Below are positions 1-11,300 of a stretch of DNA of 64,000 bases, piece by piece. Below the pieces are notes generated by a model. It did not search any database, was not told the origin of the DNA, and saw only the letters and a list, made by a program, of their open reading frames with translations. Where the stretch lies: the NCBI GenBank assembly GCA_020891255.1, contig BQFW01000010.1, positions 744,001 through 808,000 of the forward strand, written 5' to 3'. This DNA comes from Entomortierella parvispora E1425 (taxonomy: Eukaryota > Fungi > Mortierellomycota). Position 1 is the first letter of the stretch, and every line of letters begins with the position of its first letter. The translations under genes and the position numbers were made by a program.

Positions 1-748
1 GGTTATAACGTGGGAGGTAGTGCGTCGAATTCTGCATGTGCCAAAAAAAAAACAATTAATTGAATTACTTGCTCTAATTCAGCCCATGTGAGAAAAATGG
101 TCGTGGAAAAAAAATCGGTATCCGACAAAGACAAAATAAGGGACTGAGCACTTCATCCTTGACGGTTGGAAGAGGTTGTAAAAGGATGGAATGACGCGAA
201 AGGAGAGAAGGAGAAAGAAGGCGAGTGTTCAAGGTGGACAATGGGTCGAAAAACAGCAGTGAAAGACGAAAATGCTGTGGCTCAGCTAATACTCAGCGGA
301 TTTCAAAACAAAGGACGGTTCTGGAATCTTCTCGAAGAACGAACATAAGAAGGTACCATTCTTAAGGTAGCTCATAACAGAGTGTGACTGCTCCGAAATG
401 TTCCGAATGGAGAAAAAAATGAAATTAATTCAGATCCGAGATCTCAATTCGGGTGCATGCGACCACAAATGAACACAAATGAACACGAATGAAGACGAGA
501 TTTGTTGAGGAAAATACCGGGAAGTATTATCCTCAGCAGAGGGATAGGGACGAAAGCGGAAAGAAGACGCGGGGGGCAAAGGAGTGAAAAAAAAAAAAAA
601 AAAAGAAAAAGAAAAAAGAAAAAGTCCAAGAGGGCCGGACGGGGACCATATAAACAAAAGTGCACACAGTGAAGTGGACCTCTGTCTATATCCTCTTATT
701 GCAGTACCCAGCAATGGTTGCCCAGGTTCTCCACCATTTTCGTTCGGG
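1..748 (-). mobile_element. Internal 5' leader of a family-B LTR element; the body continues off the left edge
   Basis: Follows the LTR-B 3' end (…GCAACACCACA) on the minus strand. Starts CCCGAACGAAAA-TGGTGGAGAACCTGGGCA, the same PBS as family A. No credible ORF in 748 nt. Confidence 0.75.
721..736 (-). promoter_or_regulatory. Primer-binding site (tRNA-Ala-like), family B
   Basis: TGGTGGAGAACCTGGG is the complement of a tRNA 3' end …CCCAGGUUCUCCACCA, with U70 and A73 as in tRNA-Ala. It lies 12 nt from the LTR end. Confidence 0.65.
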
Positions 749-1257
749 TGTGGTGTTGCTACAATGGGTTGGGGATCGGTCGTAGCTCAAGGAGAGAGGG
801 GCTGGTCACAAGTGATCAAGGGAAAGGGGATTGCTTGCGAGGGGGAGGATAGACGTTGCAGAATCTCACTGTCTAAACTGTGTGAACCAAGTATCAATAA
901 AGATCTCAGTCGGGTGGAAGCTCAAGACTTGTACGAAGGCAAGCTTGATCGGCAGAACAGGGTCTGTGATATCCAAAGGTAAAGGGGGGGGAGGAGGTTA
1001 GACTAGCTACTAATAGTCTCAGCAATCGGAATTAAGGCGTCGATCTTGCTGCTGCTGCAAAGGGGATATCGGGCAGGAAGTGGGGGGGGGGGAATGTGTA
1101 TGTGTTCTGTAACGATCAAACAAAAGCAAACGAAAAAGTAGGGAAGGAAGCGACCCAGAGCAATTACTGCTCTGAACACGAAATTATATTAACGCAATCT
1201 TTTAAGGGTATCTAAACTGACTTCTACAAATGTGTGATCTGTATCTACTACACCACA
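749..1257 (-). repeat. LTR-B (509 bp), 5' LTR
   Basis: TGTGGTGTAGTAGAT…GTAGCAACACCACA termini. Near-identical copies at 15634-16143 and 20994-21717. Confidence 0.9.
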
Positions 1258-1367
1258 GTGGCAATGGTGGCAATGGTTGTAGTTGACCCTTTGTTTGTGG
1301 CTTTGTGAGTGAAGGCGCTGCACGGTCAGTCTGATTTGACTGTTGCACGAGGTCTATTTGTTTGCAC
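1258..1367 (-). repeat. Partial LTR-G, truncated by LTR-B
   Basis: Matches the right half of 37084-37316. Confidence 0.75.
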
Positions 1368-2196
1368 GAGATCTCCAACGGCAAAGTCTGGTTGTGGCTG
1401 GAATCGTTTGTTGTAGTTGCGTTCTTGGTTTTCTTGCGCTGTCTTGATATAGAATTGCAAGTCTTCTTGGATGCGTTTCAGCTCTTGGAGGCGGTCCTTT
1501 GCGAAGGGGCTGCTAGCCGCGACCCGAGGGACGTTGACGCTGAAACGAGGGTGGTAGCCTTGATGAGCAAAGAAGGGAGTTTGCTTTGTGGTTGCTTGCA
1601 CTGAATTGTTGTAACAGAGTTCGGCCATCGGTAAGTGGCTACTCCAGTCGTCCTGTTGATAACTTGTGAAGCAACGAAGATATTGCTCCAGAGTGGCATT
1701 GGTGCGCTCCGTCTGTCCGTCTGTCTGTGGATGATAGTGTCACGGTCGGACAAGGCAGGAACAAGAGAAAGAGGGAAGGTATGGTTTATTGGGAATTGTG
1801 AATTGCAGACTGGGGAATACAGCTATGAATCAAGGGGGTTTTTATACTAGAGAGAGGTGCGGGCCTGGACCTTGTCTGCGTTGTGTCAGGGAGGGCGCCG
1901 GGAAGTATAATCATAAGCTCGACCTATGAGTTGGGTCGTAGATGGCGACAACGGTGATGAAGGAGGAGATGGAGGTCCAAATGGGTGCAGCCGACGGATA
2001 TATATCAATGATAGATAGAACATCCGAAGTCTAGACCCTGGAGGACTCCAATGGGTTTGACCCTAGATCCTAGGTTCGGATCCTTTATCAAGCAAGACGC
2101 GTTCCGACAATGGGTGGAATGGAGTGACCAATTGGTGCCCAGCACGGCACGTGACAGATCGCGGCTGATATCTGACGGTTCGTGACAATCCTCCCC

Positions 2197-5100
2197 CTAG
2201 GAGCGAGCTCCGCGAGCGACTGGGGATGGACTTGGCTTGAGTGGGAAGCGAGAGTGGAAGCCGGCAACAAGTTCTGGCGAGTTCTCTGTGTTGACTGCAG
2301 GTTGCCATTCCGGATCTGGGTAACCTTTGAATTTGACCAAATACCAAAGTTGTTTTCCTCGAAATTTAGAGTCCCAAATCTCCTCAACTTCGAATTCGTC
2401 ATTACCATCGATCTCGATAGCGGGAGGTGGTGGGGCTGTGCGACCAGGTATTGTGTTGGCACGATAAGGCTCCAGGAGAGAGACGTGAAAAACTGGATGA
2501 AGACGAGACATAGTGGGCGGAAGCTGAAGGCGAACCGATCTAGTGTTGACTAGCTCGGTAATCTTGAATGGACCCAAATTCTTGACATCCAATTTACTGG
2601 AGGGTCGGGTGGTCTTGATGTTTGTGCGCTTTAACATGACGAGATCTCCAACGGCAAAGTCTGGTTGTGGCTGGAATCGTTTGTTGTAGTTGCGTTCTTG
2701 GTTTTCTTGCGCTGTCTTGATATAGAATTGCAAGTCTTCTTGGATGCGTTTCAGCTCTTGGAGGCGGTCCTTTGCGAAGGGGCTGCTAGCCGCGACCCGA
2801 GGGACGTTGACGCTGAAACGAGGGTGGTAGCCTTGATGAGCAAAGAAGGGAGTTTGCTTTGTGGTTGCTTGCACTGAATTGTTGTAACAGAGTTCGGCCA
2901 TCGGTAAGTGGCTACTCCAGTCGTCCTGTTGATAACTTGTGAAGCAACGAAGATATTGCTCCAGAGTGGCATTGGTGCGCTCCGTCTGTCCGTCTGTCTG
3001 TGGATGATAGGCTGTTGATAGATTTTGAGTGATTCCTAGCGCTTCCATTGCTGACTGCATGAAGGAAGAGGTGAAGACAGAGCCTCGGTCGGATACGATA
3101 TCATCGGGTAGTCCGTGGTAGGCAAAGACTCGAGATAGGAACAGATCTAAAGTGTCGCTTGCGGTGACATCATCTGTGGTTGGGATGAAGTGTGCCATTT
3201 TCGTGAGACGATCGACGACGACCAGAATAGCGGTGTAACCTTTGGAGTCAGGTAGCTGGACAATAAAATCCATTGATATTGAGGACCAGGGGCTTTCAGG
3301 GATCGGTAGCGATTGCAGTAGTCCGAAAGGCTTGTGATGAGAAGTTTTGTTTCGTTGGCAGGTATCACAGGTCAACACAAAAGACTTGACGAAGTCTCTC
3401 ATACGGGGCCAGTAGTAGGTGCGACTCACAAGCTCGAAAGTCTTTGTGATTCCACCATGACCGGCGGCAGGATCATCGTGGCAGCTTGAGAGGATATCTC
3501 GCTGGAGGGTCTTGTCGTCAGGAACCATAATTCGGCCGTTAAAAAATAACACTTCGTCATCGAGGCGGTAGTCAGGGTTGAGATCGGAATTCTCTCGCAT
3601 TTGATCCAAGACCTCCTTGATGGTATCATCCTCTTGGTAGCCTTGTCTAATACGATCGATAAGGTCTTCAGCGTTCTCGACTCGAAGTACTTCGTCGATT
3701 TCTGCGACTGTGAGTGAACGGAGCGAGATCGGCATCGGCAAGATGGCGTCGCACACTGGACCCTCCTCCCCTTCAGGAGTATGCATACGGGAGAGAGCGT
3801 CGGCAGCGCCATTATGGACACCAGGGCGATAAGCAAGTACAACCTTAAACTTGGACAGGCGTTCGGCATAGCGGATCTGGCGCTCACTTAGAGCCCGCTT
3901 CTCAGAGAAGTACTCGAGGTTCTTGTGGTCTGTAAGGACAAGAGCAGGGTGTTCAGAGTAGGCAAAATAATGGCGCCAGTGCTCCAGACCCTCGATTACA
4001 GCCAATAACTCGGTGTCATGGATATGATAATTCCGCTCCGGCGGCGTCAGAGACCGAGAGAGGAAAGCAACCGGATGAAGCACACCCTTATCATCAGGCT
4101 GGCTACACACATTGCCGAGAGCAAACTTGGAGGCATCTGGTTCCAAAACACAAGGACGAGAGGGATCAAAGTGAACCAACATTGGTTCAGAACAAAACGC
4201 GAGTTTGAGGGCCCCAAACGCGGCTTGAGCGGCAGAGTCCCACTTGAAGGGGACGTCTTTCTTAAGGTAGCGTGTCATTGGTCCCACTAACTTTGAGAAA
4301 TTCTTGATGAAGCGACGATAGAAATTGGCAAAACCAAGGAAGACCTGGATATCTCGAACACAGGTGGGAACAGCCCAAGAGGTGATGACAGCGACCTTGG
4401 CAGGATCCATGGAGACCCCTTCAGGCGAGATAACGTAGCCAAGGAACTCCACTTTTTCAACACCAAACTCGCACTTTTCAAGGTTGACTTGAAGCTGAGC
4501 ATCAGACAGGAGTTGCAAGACACGGCGTACATCGGCAGTGTGAGTTGCCTTATCTTGAGAGTAAATCAGGATGTCGTCCAGGTAAATGACCACGACTGTG
4601 TCCAAACATTCACGTAAGACATCGTTGAGAAAGGCTTGGAACGTAGCGGGGGCGTTACAAAGACCAAAGGGCATGACCAGGAACTCAAAATGGCCATAAC
4701 GCGTCCTAAACGCCGTTTTCCATTCGTGTCCTTTGGCAATGCGGATTAAATTATATGCACCCTTCAGATCGAGCTTGGTAAAGATCTTTGCCTTTCGGAG
4801 ACGCTCCAAGGTCTCTGAGATGAGCGGCAAGGGGCATCGGTTCTTGATAGTTAACTTGTTGAGTGCGCGATAGTCCACACACATACGCAACTCGTTATTT
4901 TTCTTGGGTACAAAGAGGACAGGAGCGCCGGCAGGGGATTCAGAGTGGCGGATGAAACCTTTTTTCAAGTTATCGTCAAGGAACTCTCGAAGAGCTTCCA
5001 GCTCCTTTTCAGAGAGGTTATACAAGGGACCAAAGGGGGCAGTAGCATCCGGTTCGAGAGGGATCGTGTGATCAAAAGGGCGATGAGGCGGCAGGGTGCC

Positions 5101-5832
5101 AGTCGCGCGATCTTTAAAAAGAGGAGCAAAGTCAGCATACTCCGGGGGCAATACAGGGACAGATTTTTCTTCAACAGAATTCAGGGACAAGGAAGGATCA
5201 GAATGCTCGCGGATCACCTCAAGATTGCGGCAAAACAAAGAAACGAGTTGTAATGAATACAAATCGTCAACAGAGAGGTCAGAAGACTCTACATTAATAG
5301 AGTCAAGGTCAAGATCAAGATTGGTGAGAGACAGATCAGGAGAGTAGTGAGAAAGGCAACGTTTATTGCAGTGCTCGTCACGAAAGGAAACAAGGTGCTT
5401 TTTCCAGTGGATATGAGGGTTGTGGGTATGCAACCAATCAATTCCAAGGATGACAGCATGAGATTGGAGAGAGGTGACATGACAATTGAGCGTCTCATGA
5501 TGGGTGTCTGAGATGGTAAAGCTCAATGGACAGGTCTTGGTGACGGGACCCGAGGTGCTTGGGGATCCATCAGCCATTTGTAGACGAACTGGGCGGCCAA
5601 GGTCCGAGGTAGGGAGGGATAATTTCTTGACGAAGGCAGCGTCAATAAAAGATTTTTGTGCGCCCGAATCGAGGAGAGCGTTGGTTTTGATAGGAGGTCG
5701 GTCTGGGAGGTGGACAGTGATAGGGATGAGAAGACAATAACGAGGAGGCGGGGGCTGGCCCGGAGGGGTAGGTGCAGCAAGGACTTGGCCTAGGATCCAA
5801 TCCTCGGTGGGATCTAGGCCGACTCGTTTTCC
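2197..5832 (-). CDS. pol: Pol (PR-RT-RNaseH-IN-chromodomain), reached by -1 frameshift
   Basis: The -1 frame from GGAAAAC (5826-5832) reads through LLDSGA (protease) into the 1126-aa ORF. Motifs: YLDD, EPDAS, HHCC, SMDF/SDRG/GQTER, GPF, and a C-terminal chromodomain (FEVEEIWDSK…YLVKFKGY…EW). Confidence 0.92.
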   Translation of the reverse strand, partial: GKRVGLDPTEDWILGQVLAAPTPPGQPPPPRYCLLIPITVHLPDRPPIKTNALLDSGAQKSFIDAAFVKKLSLPTSDLGRPVRLQMADGSPSTSGPVTKTCPLSFTISDTHHETLNCHVTSLQSHAVILGIDWLHTHNPHIHWKKHLVSFRDEHCNKRCLSHYSPDLSLTNLDLDLDSINVESSDLSVDDLYSLQLVSLFCRNLEVIREHSDPSLSLNSVEEKSVPVLPPEYADFAPLFKDRATGTLPPHRPFDHTIPLEPDATAPFGPLYNLSEKELEALREFLDDNLKKGFIRHSESPAGAPVLFVPKKNNELRMCVDYRALNKLTIKNRCPLPLISETLERLRKAKIFTKLDLKGAYNLIRIAKGHEWKTAFRTRYGHFEFLVMPFGLCNAPATFQAFLNDVLRECLDTVVVIYLDDILIYSQDKATHTADVRRVLQLLSDAQLQVNLEKCEFGVEKVEFLGYVISPEGVSMDPAKVAVITSWAVPTCVRDIQVFLGFANFYRRFIKNFSKLVGPMTRYLKKDVPFKWDSAAQAAFGALKLAFCSEPMLVHFDPSRPCVLEPDASKFALGNVCSQPDDKGVLHPVAFLSRSLTPPERNYHIHDTELLAVIEGLEHWRHYFAYSEHPALVLTDHKNLEYFSEKRALSERQIRYAERLSKFKVVLAYRPGVHNGAADALSRMHTPEGEEGPVCDAILPMPISLRSLTVAEIDEVLRVENAEDLIDRIRQGYQEDDTIKEVLDQMRENSDLNPDYRLDDEVLFFNGRIMVPDDKTLQRDILSSCHDDPAAGHGGITKTFELVSRTYYWPRMRDFVKSFVLTCDTCQRNKTSHHKPFGLLQSLPIPESPWSSISMDFIVQLPDSKGYTAILVVVDRLTKMAHFIPTTDDVTASDTLDLFLSRVFAYHGLPDDIVSDRGSVFTSSFMQSAMEALGITQNLSTAYHPQTDGQTERTNATLEQYLRCFTSYQQDDWSSHLPMAELCYNNSVQATTKQTPFFAHQGYHPRFSVNVPRVAASSPFAKDRLQELKRIQEDLQFYIKTAQENQERNYNKRFQPQPDFAVGDLVMLKRTNIKTTRPSSKLDVKNLGPFKITELVNTRSVRLQLPPTMSRLHPVFHVSLLEPYRANTIPGRTAPPPPAIEIDGNDEFEVEEIWDSKFRGKQLWYLVKFKGYPDPEWQPAVNTENSPELVAGFHSRFPLKPSPSPVARGARS

Positions 5833-6935
5833 GAATCTGAACCGTTAAGGCCAGATTCAAAGGAGACCGCAGCGAGACGGGCCTTCTTGGCAGGACAGTC
5901 GCCAGCAAAGTGGTTCTTTCCTCCGCAGTAGAGGCAGAGCTTGTTATCACGGCGACGTTGTTTTTCCTCGGCGGTGATGTGTTTAACACGGACAGAATCA
6001 AGGTCCATGTCACCGGAGGAAGCGGCGGCAGAGGTGGTGGCCATGGCAGTGGGCCTGCGGCCCCAATTGTTGTTGGAGTTTTGGTTGCGATGGCCAAAGC
6101 GTTGGTCGCGGGTGCGCGAGACATGGTTCTGGTAGGCAGTGGAGGCGGCTGCCTGAGCTTCACGAAGGGTCTTGAGGTTGTGCATCTGGGCCGTCAACAG
6201 AGACTTGACGTCGGAGGACAGACCATCCTTGAAACGGGCTAGAAGAGCAGCTTCGTTCCAACCTGACTGAGAGGCAAGAGGTTGGAACTTGGCGATGTAC
6301 TCGGAGACGGTGCCGTTTTGGCGGAGACGGATGAGTCGGTTGTTGACATCGTCGACATGAAGATGATTGCCATACAGATCGTTAAGTATTTCGGTAAAGG
6401 ATAACCAGCTGGTCAAGAAGCCTTGGGTGTCTTCGGCGTGACCAATCACATACGGGGCGAAGAATTCTGCGGGAGTACCATCCATAGACTGTAGGGCCAG
6501 ATTGATCTTGTCAACGTCGGTAACGAACGAACGAGGATGTCTTTTGAAAACAGTACTGAGTTGAGACATAAACTGGAACAGCGACATGCCATTGGGGTCA
6601 CCCTTGAACTTAGTAGTGAGGGCACTCGGAACAGGGACATGGGAGGCGCGGTTGGCCAGGGTGGTCAGAATCTCTTGAAATTGGCGATGAGTTTCTTCCT
6701 GCTGAGACCGGCCTTCAGAGAGGATGTGGAGAGCATCGGTAATGGAGGAGGGCGAGGAAGAGTTCTTGGTGGCCTCGGTCACAGCAGCCATTTGCTGCTG
6801 CAGCAAATCTACGGTGGCCATAGTGGATTGCAAGTGCTGGATAACGACACGAGCATCGATCTCAGGGTTCTCGGCTTGTTCAGCGATGTTGTGCAGGGTG
6901 TAGATACCCTGTTGGTCGTGTTGGTTGTGGTCCAT
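5814..6935 (-). CDS. gag: Gag (family E) with CCHC zinc knuckle
   Basis: 373 aa. Retrotransposon gag region (LRQNGTVSEYIAKF) and CLYCGGKNHFAGDC. Confidence 0.92.
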   Translation of the reverse strand: MDHNQHDQQGIYTLHNIAEQAENPEIDARVVIQHLQSTMATVDLLQQQMAAVTEATKNSSSPSSITDALHILSEGRSQQEETHRQFQEILTTLANRASHVPVPSALTTKFKGDPNGMSLFQFMSQLSTVFKRHPRSFVTDVDKINLALQSMDGTPAEFFAPYVIGHAEDTQGFLTSWLSFTEILNDLYGNHLHVDDVNNRLIRLRQNGTVSEYIAKFQPLASQSGWNEAALLARFKDGLSSDVKSLLTAQMHNLKTLREAQAAASTAYQNHVSRTRDQRFGHRNQNSNNNWGRRPTAMATTSAAASSGDMDLDSVRVKHITAEEKQRRRDNKLCLYCGGKNHFAGDCPAKKARLAAVSFESGLNGSDSENESA

Positions 6936-8371
6936 GGTGACGGGAGTGAAAAAGGAACAGGGAGAAAACAGATTTCGGTGGTGTCAGAAATGTGGAGAAA
7001 TAAGCTTTTTTAAAGATTTCCTGTGCGCGAGCAATGTAAAATTTGCGGGCCAAGAGGAGCAGGAAATGGGCAAGAAAAAAAAAAACGGTGGAGGAACAAG
7101 AAGTCGACCAGTTTACTTCATCAACGCGAATGACCCCGGACGGTGGATTGCGGACAGTAACCCTGGGACAGGTGGACTATTACTAAAAGGGGGTTGCTGC
7201 AAATGGGAGCAGCAAGAAGGAGGGATGTGTCTGGAAGAGGAGGGACAAGGAAACAGGATGTGTAGAGTCTGCAATGTCACGGTCGGACAAGGCAGGAACA
7301 AGAGAAAGAGGGAAGGTATGGTTTATTGGGAATTGTGAATTGCAGACTGGGGAATACAGCTATGAATCAAGGGGGTTTTTATACTAGAGAGAGGTGCGGG
7401 CCTGGACCTTGTCTGCGTTGTGTCAGGGAGGGCGCCGGGAAGTATAATCATAAGCTCGACCTATGAGTTGGGTCGTAGATGGCGACAACGGTGATGAAGG
7501 AGGAGATGGAGGTCCAAATGGGTGCAGCCGACGGATATATATCAATGATAGATAGAACATCCGAAGTCTAGACCCTGGAGGACTCCAATGGGTTTGACCC
7601 TAGATCCTAGGTTCGGATCCTTTATCAAGCAAGACGCGTTCCGACAATGGGTGGAATGGAGTGACCAATTGGTGCCCAGCACGGCACGTGACAGATCGCG
7701 GCTGATATCTGACGGTTCGTGACAGATAGGCCGTTGATAGATTTTGAGTGATTCCTAGCGCTTCCATTGCTGACTGCATGAAGGAAGAGGTGAAGACAGA
7801 GCCTCGGTCGGATACGATATCATCGGGTAGTCCGTGGTAGGCAAAGACTCGAGATAGGAACAGATCTAAAGTGTCGCTTGCGGTGACATCATCTGTGGTT
7901 GGGATGAAATGTGCCATTTTCGTGAGACGATCGACGATGACCAGAATAGCGGTGTAACCTTTGGAGTCAGGTAGCTGGACAATAAAATCCATTGATATTG
8001 AGGACCAGGGGCTTTCAGGGATCGGTAGCGATTGCAGTAGTCCGAAGGCTTGTGATGAGAAGTTTTGTTTCGTTGGCAGGTGTCACAGGTCAACACAAAA
8101 GACTTGACGAAGTCTCTCATACGGGGCCAGTAGTAGGTGCGACTCACAAGCTCGAAAGTCTTTGTGATTCCACCATGACCGGCGGCAGGATCATCGTGGC
8201 AGCTTGAGAGGATATCTCGCTGGAGGGTCTTGTCGTCAGGAACCATAATTCGGCCGTTAAAAAATAACACTTCATCATTGAGGCGGTAGTCAGGGTTGAG
8301 ATCGGGATTCTCTCGCATTTGATCCAAGATCTCCTTGATGGTATCATCCTCTTGGTAGCCTTGTCTAATAC

Positions 8372-11300
8372 TGTCGCATAATTTGGTGGCGCAGCGGCAA
8401 ATGATGCTGCTGGCAGCAAGGCACAGTCACGGAGGCAACGGTCAGGATAATATCCTGACCGGTTCAATAAAACAGAGATCCCTCTCTTATTCTCACTGAC
8501 TCCGTGTGCCATATACTTTTCATTTTTTTCAGTGAAGAGAAGAAGATCTCGCAGGATCAGGAACATAACCGACATTCACAACCGGCATTCACCTCCATTC
8601 AACCGCACTCGTCAGCACTCGACCGATCAACAGCATTTCTTCACTGTCTGCGACGACATTCACCAGCATTGACCTGCATCTCACATTCCGCAAGTTAATT
8701 CCACTCGATTTAACTGAGATCAACTTTGGAACGCCAATTCACCCGTCAATCCGACCCATCCATCTAAACGGAACACAGCATCGCTTTCAGGACCCTTGAA
8801 AGTTACCAAAACACCACTTACTGCACGCAAGCCACCGCTCATGGACTTTGGTGAACTTTTCGACATTCAGTTCATTCCGGCATTAACTCAATTCAGCTGG
8901 GAAAAATTTTTCGCGACATGGGCAAAGTGAATCTCAACTGCAGTTGTTATACCTGTTGCACAAGCCGCCAACGCGCGCGCCACTGCCTCCAACTCTGGAG
9001 AACCCACCAACAATGGCGGAGACTTGGCCACTGTAGCCACACACGAAGGATCCATCACAGAAGAGATGGATGTGGACGAGGAAACCATTCCATCCACCAG
9101 CTCTGGCACCAGAAGTGGACTGACGTTTGAAGGACTACCACCGTCACAGTTGCCATCTATTCCAAGAAAGGATAGTCCTACATCGGTCGTATCAATCACC
9201 AGAGCCTTGGCGGTACCTACCCATACTGCCCTGCCTGACATAACAGATGCGGAAATAGAGGCAGACATTGCGGCAACGTACGCACAGATGGAAGCTACTC
9301 GGCTCACCAATGTAAGACTCCTTTTACATATCTCACGTAACAAAAGAGTCACCCATGCCGGTACAGCTCCCATGGACCTCACACCGGAAACAGACAAGAT
9401 GGAGGAAGAACATAAGCGCAACGAGGACTTCCTCAGCAGTATGGAGCAAACATACAATGCTCTTCACGCAGCTCGCCGCCCTGTACCAGCACAATGGGCA
9501 TATCCAAATCAGTCCACCGTAGACCGTTATCAAGAGCAGGATCGAAGCGCAAGCAACCATGCTCCACAAGCGCGATCTGAGGCAGGATTTCCTGTCAAGC
9601 CTCTATCCACATGGCTTCGATTCGGATCATCAGGATCCCTATCGGCATACGACTGGTGGGCGCACTTCGAACGAGAAATCGCGCCGTATGTGGGGGGAGC
9701 AAATCATAGGAAGTCATGGAGACAAATACCTCCTGTACCTGGTCCACAACGACCACTTTCATGCCAATCTGAAAGAGAAGTTCAAGGCACCCAAGGAGGT
9801 GCTGACAGTGGACTATCTCGAGAGGACGTTCTTCGAGACATGTTTAACAATCGAAGAGCGAGAAAACGCTGTTACCACGCTCACCAAATTTGGACGACTC
9901 GCAGGAGAGCCATATAGTCACTACGCTCATCGGATCGCAAGAGCTACAAAGCTATTCCGAGTACAAGACAACAACGATGTGGTTTTGACTCTGCTCCGAC
10001 AAGGACTTGCATCATCTGAAATGGACACAGTCAACACGCGATTCCAATCGCAATACGTACTGGACAACCCACAAGCAACATCAGTGCCAGACACTCCAAT
10101 TGCTATCGCTGATTTTTGCATCGCACTGGGCAAGCTAACAGGACCAGCTGGAGCTCGCGAAAACTTTAGCGCTCCAGTAATGCCCACCACCAACTCTCAC
10201 GCCGCCAAGGCTGAGTCGAAGCAGATGTGGTGTGATAAATGTAACAAGAACGGCAACCACGTTTCCAAGGACCATATCAGCTGCGACTACTGCAACAAGC
10301 TAGGCCATAAGAAGGACGCCTGCCGTGCGCGCCAGAACGACGAACGACGACGCAATGAACACTCGGAGCGTAGCTCACACAACTCAGACGATCGACAAGA
10401 CCGTTCCCACCGCGGATCAAGCCGCTTCGGGCCATATCAAGCTGACAATCGCCAGCGCAGAGACAACAGGGATAGCCACAACTCTCGTGAGCGCAATTAC
10501 AGTAAGGACCCTCTTCATATACTACGCTCTCGTAAAAATGTGTGGCAAACATACCACGATCTTGATATCAACTTCAACGCACTCACTCTTGCGTCCTACT
10601 CCTCTCAGACTAGAGACATGCCGCCAGTGTCAGATAAAGAATTCATAGAGTCTGTTCACTCCACAGATTCAGTCCTGGCACATGCGGGGAGGGAAAGTAG
10701 AATGTCACAAGACATACCACAGGAGCACATGACAATAAACGATGAGCAATCACACATGTTTGAAACACTTATATACAATGAAATGGGTGACCAGAACGAC
10801 AATGACAAGAGACTTGTAGTACCGATCTACTTCGAAGGCCTTCAATTTGAAGCACTAATTGATTCTGGAGCCACGAAGTCATTCATAGACAAGTCATTAG
10901 TAGAAGCTCTGAAAATTGAGGTCAGCAAAGCACGGGGAAACATCTTCCTCGGGCACAAGAAAATGCATGTAGCAAGAACAGGAGTAACAGAACATATAGA
11001 AGTAGAATGCAATGAACATTCGCTTCTCGCCTCATTTGAACTGTTTGACCTACAATACCCATTTGTCATTGGCATGGACCTATTTAACAAACTAGGGTTC
11101 TCAATCGGAGGCATTGCAGACGGACGAGCAAACGCACAGACTCTGCCAACGCCAACACCAGATGAAAAAGCCATCCGTGTTACCATTGGAAACACCAATC
11201 GAAGAACTTACTGACAAGTTCAAGAAACTCAAAGCACAATTCACGAGTGAAATCCAAGACTCGATAAAGGACAACGCACAGATACCGCTAGACAGCTACT

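Larger units (their letters stand above)
1738..7724 (-). mobile_element. Intact Ty3/gypsy chromovirus, family E (5,987 bp)
   Basis: 450-bp LTRs 1738-2187 and 7275-7724 (TGTCACG…CGTGACA), apparently identical. 5-bp TSD GATAG. PPT at 2188-2200. Open gag and pol. Confidence 0.95.

Noticed and set aside
586-624. A-rich tract as the tail of a LINE/SINE
   Set aside because: It lies inside the B leader (a pyrimidine tract on the sense strand), with no TSD or element body.
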